Source: a virus
Strand: one strand, 5' to 3'
DNA length: 64,000 bases
IMG/VR virus record: IMGVR_UViG_3300024344_000003
Location: 3,711 to 67,710 of that record
Position numbers and translations under genes: made by a program. This document shows positions 48,696 to 58,480 of the stretch, piece after piece. How positions within the stretch are numbered: the first letter of the stretch is position 1; each line of letters starts with the position of its first letter. Below the pieces are notes generated by a model. It had not been told where the DNA came from, searched no databases, and worked only from the letters and a program-made list of their open reading frames with translations.

Positions 48696-50423
48696 ATGCA
48701 AGTAGAAAATAGAGAGATTAATGGATTTGCGATTGATGAATTCAATCAGCATGATCTTGAAGTGGGTAAAACACAGGGGATTTGTCCTTTGTGTTCCCAC
48801 ACAAGAAAGCCTGAAAATAAGAAGAAAAAATGTGCTTCTTATGATTGGGAACGTGGTCTCGGTACTTGCCACAACTGTGATTCAACTTTTCAACTACATA
48901 CTTACGAACGTAAGGGATCTAGCGAACGTGAATACGTACGCCCGACTTTCTCTACAAAAAGTCATAAAGCTCCCAGTAGTAAAGTTGTAGAATGGTTTAA
49001 GTCTAGAGGAATATCTCAGGATACTTTAGAAGCATTAAATGTTTCTGAAGGTCCTGAGTATATGCCTCAAACTGGTAAGGAAGAGAATACAATAAAGTTT
49101 AATTACTTTATGGGTAATAAACTTATAAATATAAAATACAGAGATGGTGCTAAAAACTTTAAGTTATACAAAGGTGCTGAGAAAGTATTTTATAATATTA
49201 ACAGTATAGTTAATAGAGATACATGTGTTATTGTAGAAGGAGAAATAGATGCATTATCTTTACACGAGGCAGGTGTGCCTAACGTAATATCAGTTCCTAA
49301 CGGAGCAACGTTAAATCACAACAACTTAGATTACTTAGATAACTGTATAGATTATTTTGAAGATAAAGAAAAGATAATACTAGCAGTAGATGCTGATGAA
49401 CCTGGAACAATGTTAAAGCAAGAGTTTATTCGTAGACTTGGAGCTGAAAATTGTTATTTAGTAGATTTCTTAGATTGTAAAGATGCTAACGAGTATTTAG
49501 TTAAATACGGAGCTAGCGATTTAAAGAATGCTATACATGACGCACATCAGGTACCATTAGAAAATGTAACAACACTTAAAAACGTAGAAAATGACCTTAA
49601 AGACTTTGTTAAACATGGTTTTAAACCGGGCTTTCAAGTTGGTTTACCAAACTTTGACCAAATATTCAGTACATACACTGGTCAGTTCATCACTGTTACT
49701 GGGATACCTAGTAGCGGTAAGTCTGATTTTGTTGATCAAATGGTCGTAGGGTATAATAAACAGTATGGTTGGAAGACTGCATTTGCTAGTCCTGAAAACG
49801 CACCTATTTATTTACATGCTCACAAACTAATGAGGAAAACATGGGGAGATATGCCATCACCTGGTGATATAGGTGGCGAACAATGGAAGCAAGTATCTCA
49901 ACATGTAAATGACAATTACTATTTTATCGATATGGATAAATATAGTTTAGAGTCTGTTTTACGTAAAGGTGCTGAGTTGGTAAAACGTAAAGGTATTAAA
50001 TGCTTAGTTATAGATCCTTATAATAAAATAAGAGATGTAAACGCGGTGTCAGATGATGTTAATAGATATACAATGGATTATCTATCTAAGATAGAGCAGT
50101 TCTGTAAAAAGTATGATGTTTTAACATTTATAGTAGCACATCCGACAAAGATGATGAGAGATCAAAATGGAAAAATACAAGAACCAACTATGTATAATAT
50201 AAAAGGTGGTGGTGAATGGTATGACGCTAGTTACCACGGTTTGTTAGTACATAGAGATTATGAAGCTAAAAATACTAAAGTAAAAGTATTAAAAGTTAAG
50301 TTTCAAAACCTGGGTGAAAATGGTGGTGAATCATTTTTTACTTGGGAACCTAAATCAGGTTCATTTGTACCACAAGTTAATGTATTAGACGAGAAGAATG
50401 AGTCCTTACCATGGGAAAACTAA
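48696..50423 (+). CDS. T7 gp4/Twinkle-like primase-helicase
   Basis: Zn finger CPLC...CHNC, TOPRIM VEGEIDAL and AVDADEPG, Walker A GIPSSGKS, LVIDP, VAHP. Confidence 0.95.
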   Translation: MQVENREINGFAIDEFNQHDLEVGKTQGICPLCSHTRKPENKKKKCASYDWERGLGTCHNCDSTFQLHTYERKGSSEREYVRPTFSTKSHKAPSSKVVEWFKSRGISQDTLEALNVSEGPEYMPQTGKEENTIKFNYFMGNKLINIKYRDGAKNFKLYKGAEKVFYNINSIVNRDTCVIVEGEIDALSLHEAGVPNVISVPNGATLNHNNLDYLDNCIDYFEDKEKIILAVDADEPGTMLKQEFIRRLGAENCYLVDFLDCKDANEYLVKYGASDLKNAIHDAHQVPLENVTTLKNVENDLKDFVKHGFKPGFQVGLPNFDQIFSTYTGQFITVTGIPSSGKSDFVDQMVVGYNKQYGWKTAFASPENAPIYLHAHKLMRKTWGDMPSPGDIGGEQWKQVSQHVNDNYYFIDMDKYSLESVLRKGAELVKRKGIKCLVIDPYNKIRDVNAVSDDVNRYTMDYLSKIEQFCKKYDVLTFIVAHPTKMMRDQNGKIQEPTMYNIKGGGEWYDASYHGLLVHRDYEAKNTKVKVLKVKFQNLGENGGESFFTWEPKSGSFVPQVNVLDEKNESLPWEN

Positions 50424-50670
50424 ATACGGTATGGGTGTTTACACTCCTAGTATAGAAGAATCAGAAGCTAATACTTGGTGTCACAATAATGACATATGTA
50501 TAACTCCAAGAGCAATTAAATGGGGTGAAAGAGTATGGGTTGTAGATATTGAGAAAGGAAAATATCCTAATCGTAAATTACTAGGTACGTCTGATGCTTA
50601 TGGACCAGGTACAATATGGGAAAAAGTATTTGAATATAAATTATATTATTATAAGAAATATGGAAGATAA
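50398..50670 (+). CDS. Hypothetical protein
   Basis: 90 aa between helicase and the TS-fold gene. Confidence 0.55.
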   Translation: MSPYHGKTKYGMGVYTPSIEESEANTWCHNNDICITPRAIKWGERVWVVDIEKGKYPNRKLLGTSDAYGPGTIWEKVFEYKLYYYKKYGR

Positions 50671-51301
50671 ATTTTATAACGCTAATCATGCGTATAATTA
50701 CTTATGGGATCACATAATAGAGACCGGTGTTGATTTTGATAACACCAAAGCTATATTTAACTGTGGTTTTAGAATGGAGAATCCTATGGATAATCACATT
50801 ACAAATTTAGATCGTAATTGGAAACATGATTATGCTGAAGCCGAATGGCAATGGTATTTATCTGGTGACAATAGCATATCAAAGCTAGGGTCTATATACG
50901 GTAAGATACCACCAATATGGGTAAAGATGTCTAATAGCAAAGGTAAAGTAATGTCTAACTATGGTTGGCAATGGGAACGAGAGAATCAAATTGATTATGT
51001 CGTAGCTAAACTAAGAAAGAAGAAAGAAACTAGACATGCAGCTATTAGTATATACGATTGTAAAGAGCATGACAAATACAAGAAAGATACCCCTTGTACG
51101 TATGCTGTTCAATTTACAATACTTAATGATAAACTGAATATGTCTGTTTATATGCGTTCTAATGACCTCTGGTACGGTTTTTGTAATGACCAATACTGTT
51201 TTAGTAATTTACAAAAATTAGTTGCAGACAGATTAAATATGGACATTGGATGGTATTACCATCACGCACACAACATGCATATATATAACGATAAATTATG
51301 A
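50660..51301 (+). CDS. dCMP hydroxymethylase-like enzyme (T4 gp42 type, thymidylate synthase fold)
   Basis: PPIW...SKG..SNYGW, catalytic PCT..VQF, MRSNDLWYGFCND with Asp at the E. coli ThyA N177 position (codon 51188-51190); likely start ATG 50660. Confidence 0.8.
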   Translation: MEDKFYNANHAYNYLWDHIIETGVDFDNTKAIFNCGFRMENPMDNHITNLDRNWKHDYAEAEWQWYLSGDNSISKLGSIYGKIPPIWVKMSNSKGKVMSNYGWQWERENQIDYVVAKLRKKKETRHAAISIYDCKEHDKYKKDTPCTYAVQFTILNDKLNMSVYMRSNDLWYGFCNDQYCFSNLQKLVADRLNMDIGWYYHHAHNMHIYNDKL

Positions 51302-52092
51302 TGTATTATATTTATCATATTCCAGGTAAAAAGATTGGTGTTACCTGTGATCTTAATAACCGGGTCACAGTTCAACAAGGATATTCATCTGACGAATATG
51401 AAATACTAGAAAGCTCTGATGATATAGATTATATATCAAGTAAAGAGATAGAATTACAACGTGAATGGGGTTACCGAGTAGATATGGTACCTTATAGAAA
51501 CTTAAATAAAAATAACAAGAATATGAACATAAACGTGACTGAACAAACTACAACATTTCCTTGTCCAGTAGATAAATTAAAAGGTAGATTATTTGATATG
51601 ATCGGCCATAAATGGACAACGGAACACGGCGATTTTATAATTACTCCACGTTCAATAGATTGGATAATGAAGAACGTAAAAACGTCTATGTTTAACGATG
51701 ATAGATCTTATGTATACAATAAAGCCTTCTCAGTATTTATAGAGAATGCAGATATTGTTGACGTAAGAAAACCTGTTAAATGCTCTAAGAAACCTTTAAA
51801 AATGTTTGAAAACATTAGACAATGGGCTGATGAAAGAGGCATATATGACAAGGGCGATACAAAAACACAGTTGATTAAATTACAAGAGGAAATGGGTGAG
51901 TTAGCTAAAGCTACATTAGAAAAAGACCATGACGAAGTTGTTGACGCAATAGGTGATATGGTTGTAGTATTAACTAATCTAGCACATTTGAACGGAGTAC
52001 ATATAGAGACGTGTATAGCAGAAGCATACAATGTTATATCGAAACGAAAAGGTAAAATGATTAACGGAACATTTGTGAAAAATGCAGATTAA
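51298..52092 (+). CDS. MazG-like NTP pyrophosphohydrolase with N-terminal GIY-YIG-like domain
   Basis: C-terminal KLQEEMGEL...DAIGDMVVVL; N-terminal YYIYH...KIGVTCDLNNR. Confidence 0.7.
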   Translation: MMYYIYHIPGKKIGVTCDLNNRVTVQQGYSSDEYEILESSDDIDYISSKEIELQREWGYRVDMVPYRNLNKNNKNMNINVTEQTTTFPCPVDKLKGRLFDMIGHKWTTEHGDFIITPRSIDWIMKNVKTSMFNDDRSYVYNKAFSVFIENADIVDVRKPVKCSKKPLKMFENIRQWADERGIYDKGDTKTQLIKLQEEMGELAKATLEKDHDEVVDAIGDMVVVLTNLAHLNGVHIETCIAEAYNVISKRKGKMINGTFVKNAD

Positions 52093-52369
52093 GACAAAAG
52101 ACAAGATAGTACAAGCTGTACTGAGGAAGATGGACGATCGTAGCATTATAGGCCAAAAGAAATATGGTCAGACAATGCAAAACGAAATAGAAACAGGTAA
52201 GAAAGATCTGCATATGTTTTTAACTGATGTACAAGAAGAGATAATGGATGCTCTATTGTATATTGAAGCTGCAAAAAGATGTTTACAAGATGAGGTTGAA
52301 GAATCAATGCTTAAACAATATGAAACGCAGCTAGATAATATAGATGTACATGAGGAAGAAGAATTATAG
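52082..52369 (+). CDS. Small all-alpha NTP-pyrophosphatase-like protein
   Basis: RS..G.KKYG.T...QEEIMDALLYIE pattern. Confidence 0.45.
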   Translation: MQIKTKDKIVQAVLRKMDDRSIIGQKKYGQTMQNEIETGKKDLHMFLTDVQEEIMDALLYIEAAKRCLQDEVEESMLKQYETQLDNIDVHEEEEL

Positions 52370-52796
52370 AAGAAAACGAGGTCCCGTTGTTAGTAAGAAA
52401 ATTACTGTAGACGGGATTAAGTTTGCTAGCGGACTAGAAGCTTATATGTATAAAGCATTAAAAGCGGCTAAGATACCTGCTGCCTATGAAGGTAGTACGT
52501 ATACGATCTTTCAAGGTTTTGATTTAAACAAGACTTGTTATGAAAGATGTGCTAATGGAAAAGGTGATTATAAAGATAGAGGTAATAAAAAGATATTACC
52601 TATTAAATATACTCCTGATTTTATTGGTAAAGGTTTTATAATAGAAACAAAAGGTAGAGCTAATGAAGCTTTTCCAATGAGATGGAAATTATTTAAGCAT
52701 TATGCAGAACATAATTTAAACTCAGTATTATATAAACCTCAGAATCAAAAAGAATGTGACACAACAGTAGAATTAATATTAAAACAAAATGGCTAG
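52344..52796 (+). CDS. T7 endonuclease I-like junction resolvase
   Basis: FASGLE...YE...YTPDF...IETKG. Confidence 0.8.
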   Translation: MYMRKKNYRRKRGPVVSKKITVDGIKFASGLEAYMYKALKAAKIPAAYEGSTYTIFQGFDLNKTCYERCANGKGDYKDRGNKKILPIKYTPDFIGKGFIIETKGRANEAFPMRWKLFKHYAEHNLNSVLYKPQNQKECDTTVELILKQNG

Positions 52797-52843
52797 ACTA
52801 ATATTACAAGCTTACAAATGGAAGCCTAAAAAGAAAAGGCCTG

Positions 52844-53077
52844 GTGTTCACAGTAAAAATAGAAACACAAAACAAAAAACAGGGAAGTACTATAGCGGTA
52901 CTCCCTATAGAGGACAAGGAAGATAATATGAAAATAACAAGATGGGAATTAAGCTTTGGATTATTCGAAGGCTTATTATTTGGGTATAGAAATTATCCTG
53001 ATCTGGATAATAACAAAATAGATCACGTATTATATGTATTTATATTTGACATTTGTTTAACACTTAATTACGATTAA
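52844..53077 (+). CDS. Hypothetical protein (likely start at MKITRW)
   Basis: Track ORF ending just before nrdB. Confidence 0.45.
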   Translation: MFTVKIETQNKKQGSTIAVLPIEDKEDNMKITRWELSFGLFEGLLFGYRNYPDLDNNKIDHVLYVFIFDICLTLNYD

Positions 53078-53078
53078 T

Positions 53079-54047
53079 ATGGGATTATTTGATGCACGTA
53101 TACCGTACAAACCTTTTGAGTACCCTGAGTATTATACTGAGGGTTGGTTAAAACAAGCTCAAGCATTCTGGCTACACACTGAAATACCAATGAGTGGTGA
53201 TGTTAAAGACTGGAATGAAAAATTAACAAAAGAAGAGAAAAACTTAGTAGGTAATATACTACTAGGTTTTGCTCAGACTGAATGTGCAGTAAGTGATTAC
53301 TGGACTCAGAAAGTAGTATCATGGTTTCCTAAACACGAAATACAGCAGATGGCCATGATGTTTGGAAGTCAAGAGACAATACATGCTGTAGCTTATAGTT
53401 ACTTAAATGAAACATTGGGACTTGAAGACTTTGAAGCGTTTTTACATGAGCCAGCTACGGCTGAGCGTTTTGATAATCTCGTTTCATATAGTGGCACCGA
53501 TCCTATTGAGATTGGTAGATCATTGGCTGTTTTTAGTGCTTTCGCTGAAGGAGTTTCTTTATATTCTGCCTTTGCAGTACTTTATAGCTTTCAGTTACGA
53601 AATTTACTTAAAGGCGTTGGCCAACAAATGAAATGGTCCGTAAGGGACGAATCTCTACACTCAAGAATGGGTTGTAGATTATATAGACATATGTGTGAAG
53701 AAAAAGACTTTTTAAAACAAGCTTGCAGACCACATATACTAGAAGCAGCACATATCATGCATGATGCTGAAATGAAATATATAGATAAGATGTTTGAGGC
53801 AGGGGATATTGAAGGGTTAAAATCTTATGACTTGAAACAATTTATAAAGAAAAGATTAAATGAAAAACTTGTGGAGCTCGGATACACCGATCTCTCAGAA
53901 GAATTTGAATACGACAAAGAAGCCGCGAAAAAGCTGGATTGGTTTTATCATCTTACTGGTGGTCATACCCATACTGACTTTTTTGCTATTAGGCCGACCG
54001 ACTACAGCAAAGCAAATGAGGGAGAAGATTTCGAAAATATCTGGTAA
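53079..54047 (+). CDS. nrdB: Ribonucleotide reductase class Ia beta subunit
   Basis: FWLHTEI, ETIHAVAYS, FAEGVSLYSAF, VRDESLH, HTDFF. Confidence 0.95.
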   Translation: MGLFDARIPYKPFEYPEYYTEGWLKQAQAFWLHTEIPMSGDVKDWNEKLTKEEKNLVGNILLGFAQTECAVSDYWTQKVVSWFPKHEIQQMAMMFGSQETIHAVAYSYLNETLGLEDFEAFLHEPATAERFDNLVSYSGTDPIEIGRSLAVFSAFAEGVSLYSAFAVLYSFQLRNLLKGVGQQMKWSVRDESLHSRMGCRLYRHMCEEKDFLKQACRPHILEAAHIMHDAEMKYIDKMFEAGDIEGLKSYDLKQFIKKRLNEKLVELGYTDLSEEFEYDKEAAKKLDWFYHLTGGHTHTDFFAIRPTDYSKANEGEDFENIW

Positions 54048-54050
54048 TAT

Positions 54051-54296
54051 ATGAAAAGAAAGATTTTAAGATTCTTAATAAGAAATAGAAAATTAACACC
54101 AAGCGAAAGACTAGCTAGTAGAGTAGGTTATATGGGTGCGGGCTTTTTAGTAGCTGCACAATGGACTGTAGAACCTGTGCTATACATAGCTGGCTTTTGT
54201 TGTGTGTTAGTACAAGTAGCATCAAGAAAACAATGGAACCTTGTTGCATTAAACATTAATGGGCTTATCGCCTGGATTAAACACTTAATAACATAA
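54051..54296 (+). CDS. Small three-helix membrane protein between RNR subunits
   Basis: 81 aa with three hydrophobic segments; PnuC/SemiSWEET-half-like layout. Confidence 0.55.
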   Translation: MKRKILRFLIRNRKLTPSERLASRVGYMGAGFLVAAQWTVEPVLYIAGFCCVLVQVASRKQWNLVALNINGLIAWIKHLIT

Positions 54297-56020
54297 TGTG
54301 GAGTAATAGATGGAAAAAAGGCGTTGATTACCCAGAGTGGGCAGACGCAGACGTATACAAAAAAACTATAACTGGTGGTTATCTATATAATGGAGAAACA
54401 CCACGTGAAGCATATGAACGTGTGGCTACAACTGTAGCAAGACGTTTAAGAAAGCCAGAAATGGCTGACATATTTTTTGATTACATATGGAAAGGTTGGC
54501 TTTGTTTAGCTTCTCCAGTGTTATCAAATACAGGAACTGAAAGAGGATTACCTATATCATGCTTTGGTATTGATGTAGCTGATAGTATATTAGACATTGG
54601 AACTAAAAACCTAGAGATGATGCTATTAGCTAAACATGGTGGAGGAGTTGGTATTGGTATTAATCAGATCCGCCCAGCCGGGGCAGAGATTACAATGAAT
54701 GGTACATCAGATGGTGTTGTACCTTTTTGTAAACTATACGACTCTAGTATACTAGCTACTAATCAAGGAGCTGTACGTAGAGGAGCTGCATCGGTTAATT
54801 TAAATATAGATCACAAGGATTGGGAAGATTGGTTAGAAATTAGAGAACCTAAGGGTGATGTAAATAGACAATCATTAAACCTACATCAGTGTACTATAAT
54901 CGGTGATAAGTTTATGCGTAAACTTAGAGACGGTGATAAGGTTGCTAGACGTAAATGGGGTAAACTACTTCAAAAACGTAAAGCAACAGGAGAGCCTTAT
55001 ATAATGTTTAAGGGCAATGTTAATAAACAAAACCCTAGTATGTATAAGGATAATGCTCTGAAAGTATTTATGACAAATATATGTTCAGAGATTGTATTAC
55101 ACACGGATGAAAACCATAGCTTTGTATGTTGTTTATCTAGTTTAAATCTAGCTAAATACCACGAATGGAAAGACTCTAATTTAATTTATGATAGCATATG
55201 GTTTTTAGACGGTGTATTAGAGGAATTTATACAAAAAGCAAAAAATAGAAGAGGATTTGAAAATGCTGTAAGATCTGCTGAAAAGGGTAGAGCGTTAGGA
55301 TTAGGGGTTTTAGGTTGGCATACATATTTACAACAACAAGGATTTCCCTTCGAAGGATTATTAGCGCAATATGAAACAAGAAGAATTTTTTCACAAATTA
55401 AAATCGAATCTGAAAGAGCAAGTATGGCACTTGCGGCGACTTTTGGAGAACCTCTCTGGTGCGTGGGTACTGGTATGCGTAATACTCACCTTCGTGCTAT
55501 TGCTCCCACTGTTAGTAATTCGAAGCTTGCTGGAAACATATCTCCAGGAATTGAGCCATGGGCTGCTAACGTATTTACGGATCAAAGCGCGAAAGGTACG
55601 TTCATTCGTAAAAACCCTACTTTGGTAAATGTATTAGAAGAACATAATCTTAATACAGAAAAGATATGGAAACAAATACTAAAGGATGGCGGTTCTGTAC
55701 AAGGTATTAAAGCTCTTAATAAAGTTATGGTAGGCCCTCAAAAGGATATACCTATAAAAGAAGTATATAAAACTTTTAAAGAGATAAATCAATTGGAATT
55801 AGTGAATCAAGCTGGGATAAGACAGCAATATATAGATCAAGCTGTTAGTTTGAACTTAGCTTTCCCATCTCAAGTTGATCCTAAGTTTATTAACAAAGTT
55901 CATTTAGAAGCATGGAAGAAAGGTATTAAAACTTTATATTACATGAGAACAGAATCAGTACTAAGAGGTGATATTGCCGATGCTGCTATGAACGAAAATT
56001 GTTTAAGTTGCGATGGATAG
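54296..56020 (+). CDS. nrdA: Ribonucleotide reductase class Ia alpha subunit (no ATP cone)
   Basis: PISCF, TNICSEI, CCLSSLN, AIAPTVS, KTLYY; 574 aa with no intein. Confidence 0.95.
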   Translation: MWSNRWKKGVDYPEWADADVYKKTITGGYLYNGETPREAYERVATTVARRLRKPEMADIFFDYIWKGWLCLASPVLSNTGTERGLPISCFGIDVADSILDIGTKNLEMMLLAKHGGGVGIGINQIRPAGAEITMNGTSDGVVPFCKLYDSSILATNQGAVRRGAASVNLNIDHKDWEDWLEIREPKGDVNRQSLNLHQCTIIGDKFMRKLRDGDKVARRKWGKLLQKRKATGEPYIMFKGNVNKQNPSMYKDNALKVFMTNICSEIVLHTDENHSFVCCLSSLNLAKYHEWKDSNLIYDSIWFLDGVLEEFIQKAKNRRGFENAVRSAEKGRALGLGVLGWHTYLQQQGFPFEGLLAQYETRRIFSQIKIESERASMALAATFGEPLWCVGTGMRNTHLRAIAPTVSNSKLAGNISPGIEPWAANVFTDQSAKGTFIRKNPTLVNVLEEHNLNTEKIWKQILKDGGSVQGIKALNKVMVGPQKDIPIKEVYKTFKEINQLELVNQAGIRQQYIDQAVSLNLAFPSQVDPKFINKVHLEAWKKGIKTLYYMRTESVLRGDIADAAMNENCLSCDG

Positions 56021-56759
56021 TTTTGATGAATTAATACACCCGATGACTGTACAAGAGTTCTTTACTAAATATTGGGGTAAAGAACATTTTGTTATAAAAG
56101 CACAATGTGGAGCTTGTACCGAATGGATGAAGAATCTATATACATGGGACGATTTTAATAAATATGTAAATCAATATCCTTATATAAGAGGTTTGCAAAT
56201 ATTAAATTATGACGATAAAGATGATAGGTTTTGTTTAGACAAAGTAAGATCTAAAAAACTTGATCAACCATTTTTTACTAAAAATCAAGTATATGAGTTT
56301 TGGAAACAAGGTAAATCATTTGTTATACCTATGGCTGAATATCAAAAAGAAGGATTGGTTGATATTTGCAGTGCAATAGAAAGATATTTTGGGATGGGGT
56401 GTGCTAATGTATATTGTTCACCCGGGGGCGGGAGCAAAAGCTTTCCACCTCACGCTGATAGTACTGAAAACTTTTTATTGCATAATCATGGTAAAACAAA
56501 ATGGACTATGTATAAGGAATTTGCTCCAGAAAAACCTAAAACAATTATAGCTGAATATGAATTAGAACCTGGAGATTTATTATATATACCTATAGGTCAA
56601 TATCATAAAGCTGAATCAATGACACCTAGAATATCCACTAGTGTTCATTTTCATAATAAAAAGAATCAAAGTATAAAACACTTTAAAATTCGTAGTGAGA
56701 ATAGAGAACCTTATTATAATTTTAAATATTTTTTAAATGAAGATAGCAATAATAAATAA
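56013..56759 (+). CDS. JmjC/cupin-4 (YcfD/NO66-like) 2OG-Fe(II) oxygenase
   Basis: ANVYCSP, PPHADS (HxD), GKTKW, LEPGDLLYIP.GQYH. Confidence 0.8.
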   Translation: MDSFDELIHPMTVQEFFTKYWGKEHFVIKAQCGACTEWMKNLYTWDDFNKYVNQYPYIRGLQILNYDDKDDRFCLDKVRSKKLDQPFFTKNQVYEFWKQGKSFVIPMAEYQKEGLVDICSAIERYFGMGCANVYCSPGGGSKSFPPHADSTENFLLHNHGKTKWTMYKEFAPEKPKTIIAEYELEPGDLLYIPIGQYHKAESMTPRISTSVHFHNKKNQSIKHFKIRSENREPYYNFKYFLNEDSNNK

Positions 56760-56970
56760 TAATCCTTTTATAGAAAGTGCTAATGAGGCAATATCAAATA
56801 AAATATATAATACATTTTGTGGTAGATATGTTCCTTATAAAGTACAAGATATAAAAGATCTTCAAAAAGGTAAACACGTTGGAGTTTTCTTTTTAGCAGA
56901 AAAGAAACCAGAATTAATAGAGAAAATTTTAAATTTAATAGAATATGAAAGCAGGAAAGATTTGGGGTAA
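56737..56970 (+). CDS. Hypothetical protein
   Basis: 77 aa with overlaps on both sides. Confidence 0.5.
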   Translation: MKIAIINNNPFIESANEAISNKIYNTFCGRYVPYKVQDIKDLQKGKHVGVFFLAEKKPELIEKILNLIEYESRKDLG

Positions 56971-57289
56971 GACTGAAAAAGTCCATGCGAATGGAGTATT
57001 TGAGTTTCACCGAATAGAATTTAAGAAAGGATTTAAATGTTCAGAACATGAACATAAATTTAAATGGAATGGATTTTATGTTGAATCCGGAACAATGCTT
57101 GTCAGAGTATGGCAAGATGATCAAGGTCTTGTTGATGAGACAATACTCAGACCTGGAGATTTTACTATGGTAAAACCAGGGAAGTTTCATCAGTTTGAAG
57201 GTATTGATGATGGTATAGCTTTTGAATTATATTGGGCTGAGTTTAATCACGATGATATAAGTAGAAGAACTTCAGGTACAGAGATATGA
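56945..57289 (+). CDS. Cupin (sugar-isomerase-like)
   Basis: SEHEHKFKWNGFYVESG...LRPGD...VKPGKFHQF. Confidence 0.75.
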   Translation: MKAGKIWGKTEKVHANGVFEFHRIEFKKGFKCSEHEHKFKWNGFYVESGTMLVRVWQDDQGLVDETILRPGDFTMVKPGKFHQFEGIDDGIAFELYWAEFNHDDISRRTSGTEI

Positions 57290-57960
57290 AGAATATAGCT
57301 GTAGTAATACCAGCAAGACTGAATAGTACTAGACTCAAACATAAGATGTTAATAAAGTTCGATGATGAACCTTTAATACGTCTTGTGTTTGATAAAGTAC
57401 GTATGATGGGATTTGACACGTTTGTAGCTACTGATAGTAAACGTATTGCTAAATTAATACCACAAAAGTGGTGTATCATGACAGGTAAAGCAAGCAATGG
57501 TACACATAGATTATCTAAACGAGTTGTTATAGATTTAGTAGGTAATTACGATTATGTAATGAATATACAAGGAGACATGATTGATATAAGTCATGAAACT
57601 ATAAAACCTATTAAGAAAAAATTATTATCACCATTTAGTCCATTATGCTTAACAGCATATACAAAAGGAGCTAAAGCAAATGATGTTAAGGTTATACACC
57701 AAAACAATAAAGCATTATGGTTCACGAGATCTGATATAGGTTATGGTGATAGACATTTAGGTATATATGCTTATTCACCTTACCTGTTAAAAGCATACAG
57801 AGGAATGAAAGACAATTATCCTAAAGAAAATCTAGAACAAAATAGAATATTAGGATTATACGATATAGAGGTAATAGAAACAAAATATGAAGGATATGAA
57901 ATCAACACCCAAGGCGATGTTAATCGCAAACAAATACAAAACGTTACACGAGGGTGGTAG
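57286..57960 (+). CDS. kdsB: CMP-Kdo synthetase (3-deoxy-manno-octulosonate cytidylyltransferase)
   Basis: VIPARLNSTRL..K, VATD, NGTHR, NIQGD, HLGIYAY, LEQNR. Confidence 0.9.
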   Translation: MKNIAVVIPARLNSTRLKHKMLIKFDDEPLIRLVFDKVRMMGFDTFVATDSKRIAKLIPQKWCIMTGKASNGTHRLSKRVVIDLVGNYDYVMNIQGDMIDISHETIKPIKKKLLSPFSPLCLTAYTKGAKANDVKVIHQNNKALWFTRSDIGYGDRHLGIYAYSPYLLKAYRGMKDNYPKENLEQNRILGLYDIEVIETKYEGYEINTQGDVNRKQIQNVTRGW

Positions 57961-58480
57961 ATATAAAGTATTACAACCTGACGGATCTTTTAAAATAAAG
58001 AGTACTGGATATGGTAACGGTGGAGGATTGAAAAACATATTGAAAAATGTTAAAGAATTTGTTGATAAAAATCCTGGTACACTATTATTAGATTATGGCT
58101 GTGGATCAGCAGAAGCATGGCATAAGAAAATACTTAATAATATGTCGTTTACAGAGCATCTTGGTGAAAACCTTATTGGTTTTTATAGATATGATCCTTA
58201 TCACCCTAAGTATAACAAAAGACCAGATATTAAATTTAACTTAACAATTGTTAATGATGTTATAGAACATATACCACTAGAAGAAATACCAGATGTATTA
58301 AAAGATATAGCTAGTTTAACTTCTGGTAAAATAATAATATCAATACCACAACGTCCTTCATACGCTTATTTTATTGATGGTGAAAATATGCACTGCACAT
58401 TAATGTCAAAAGATGAATGGGAAAAATTAATAAGAAAATATATACCAAACCACGTAATAACAATAATCCACACAATATGA
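57887..58480 (+). CDS. Class I SAM-dependent methyltransferase
   Basis: LLDYGCG, YDP, DVIEHIP; between kdsB and kdsA. Confidence 0.85.
   Translation: MKDMKSTPKAMLIANKYKTLHEGGRYKVLQPDGSFKIKSTGYGNGGGLKNILKNVKEFVDKNPGTLLLDYGCGSAEAWHKKILNNMSFTEHLGENLIGFYRYDPYHPKYNKRPDIKFNLTIVNDVIEHIPLEEIPDVLKDIASLTSGKIIISIPQRPSYAYFIDGENMHCTLMSKDEWEKLIRKYIPNHVITIIHTI

Noticed and set aside
50594-51301. Plain thymidylate synthase (thyA) call
   Set aside because: Asp at the Asn177-equivalent position and gp42-type motifs favour a dCMP-acting enzyme
53079-56020. Intein or intron in RNR, terminase or helicase
   Set aside because: These ORFs are continuous and of expected length, with no splicing motifs
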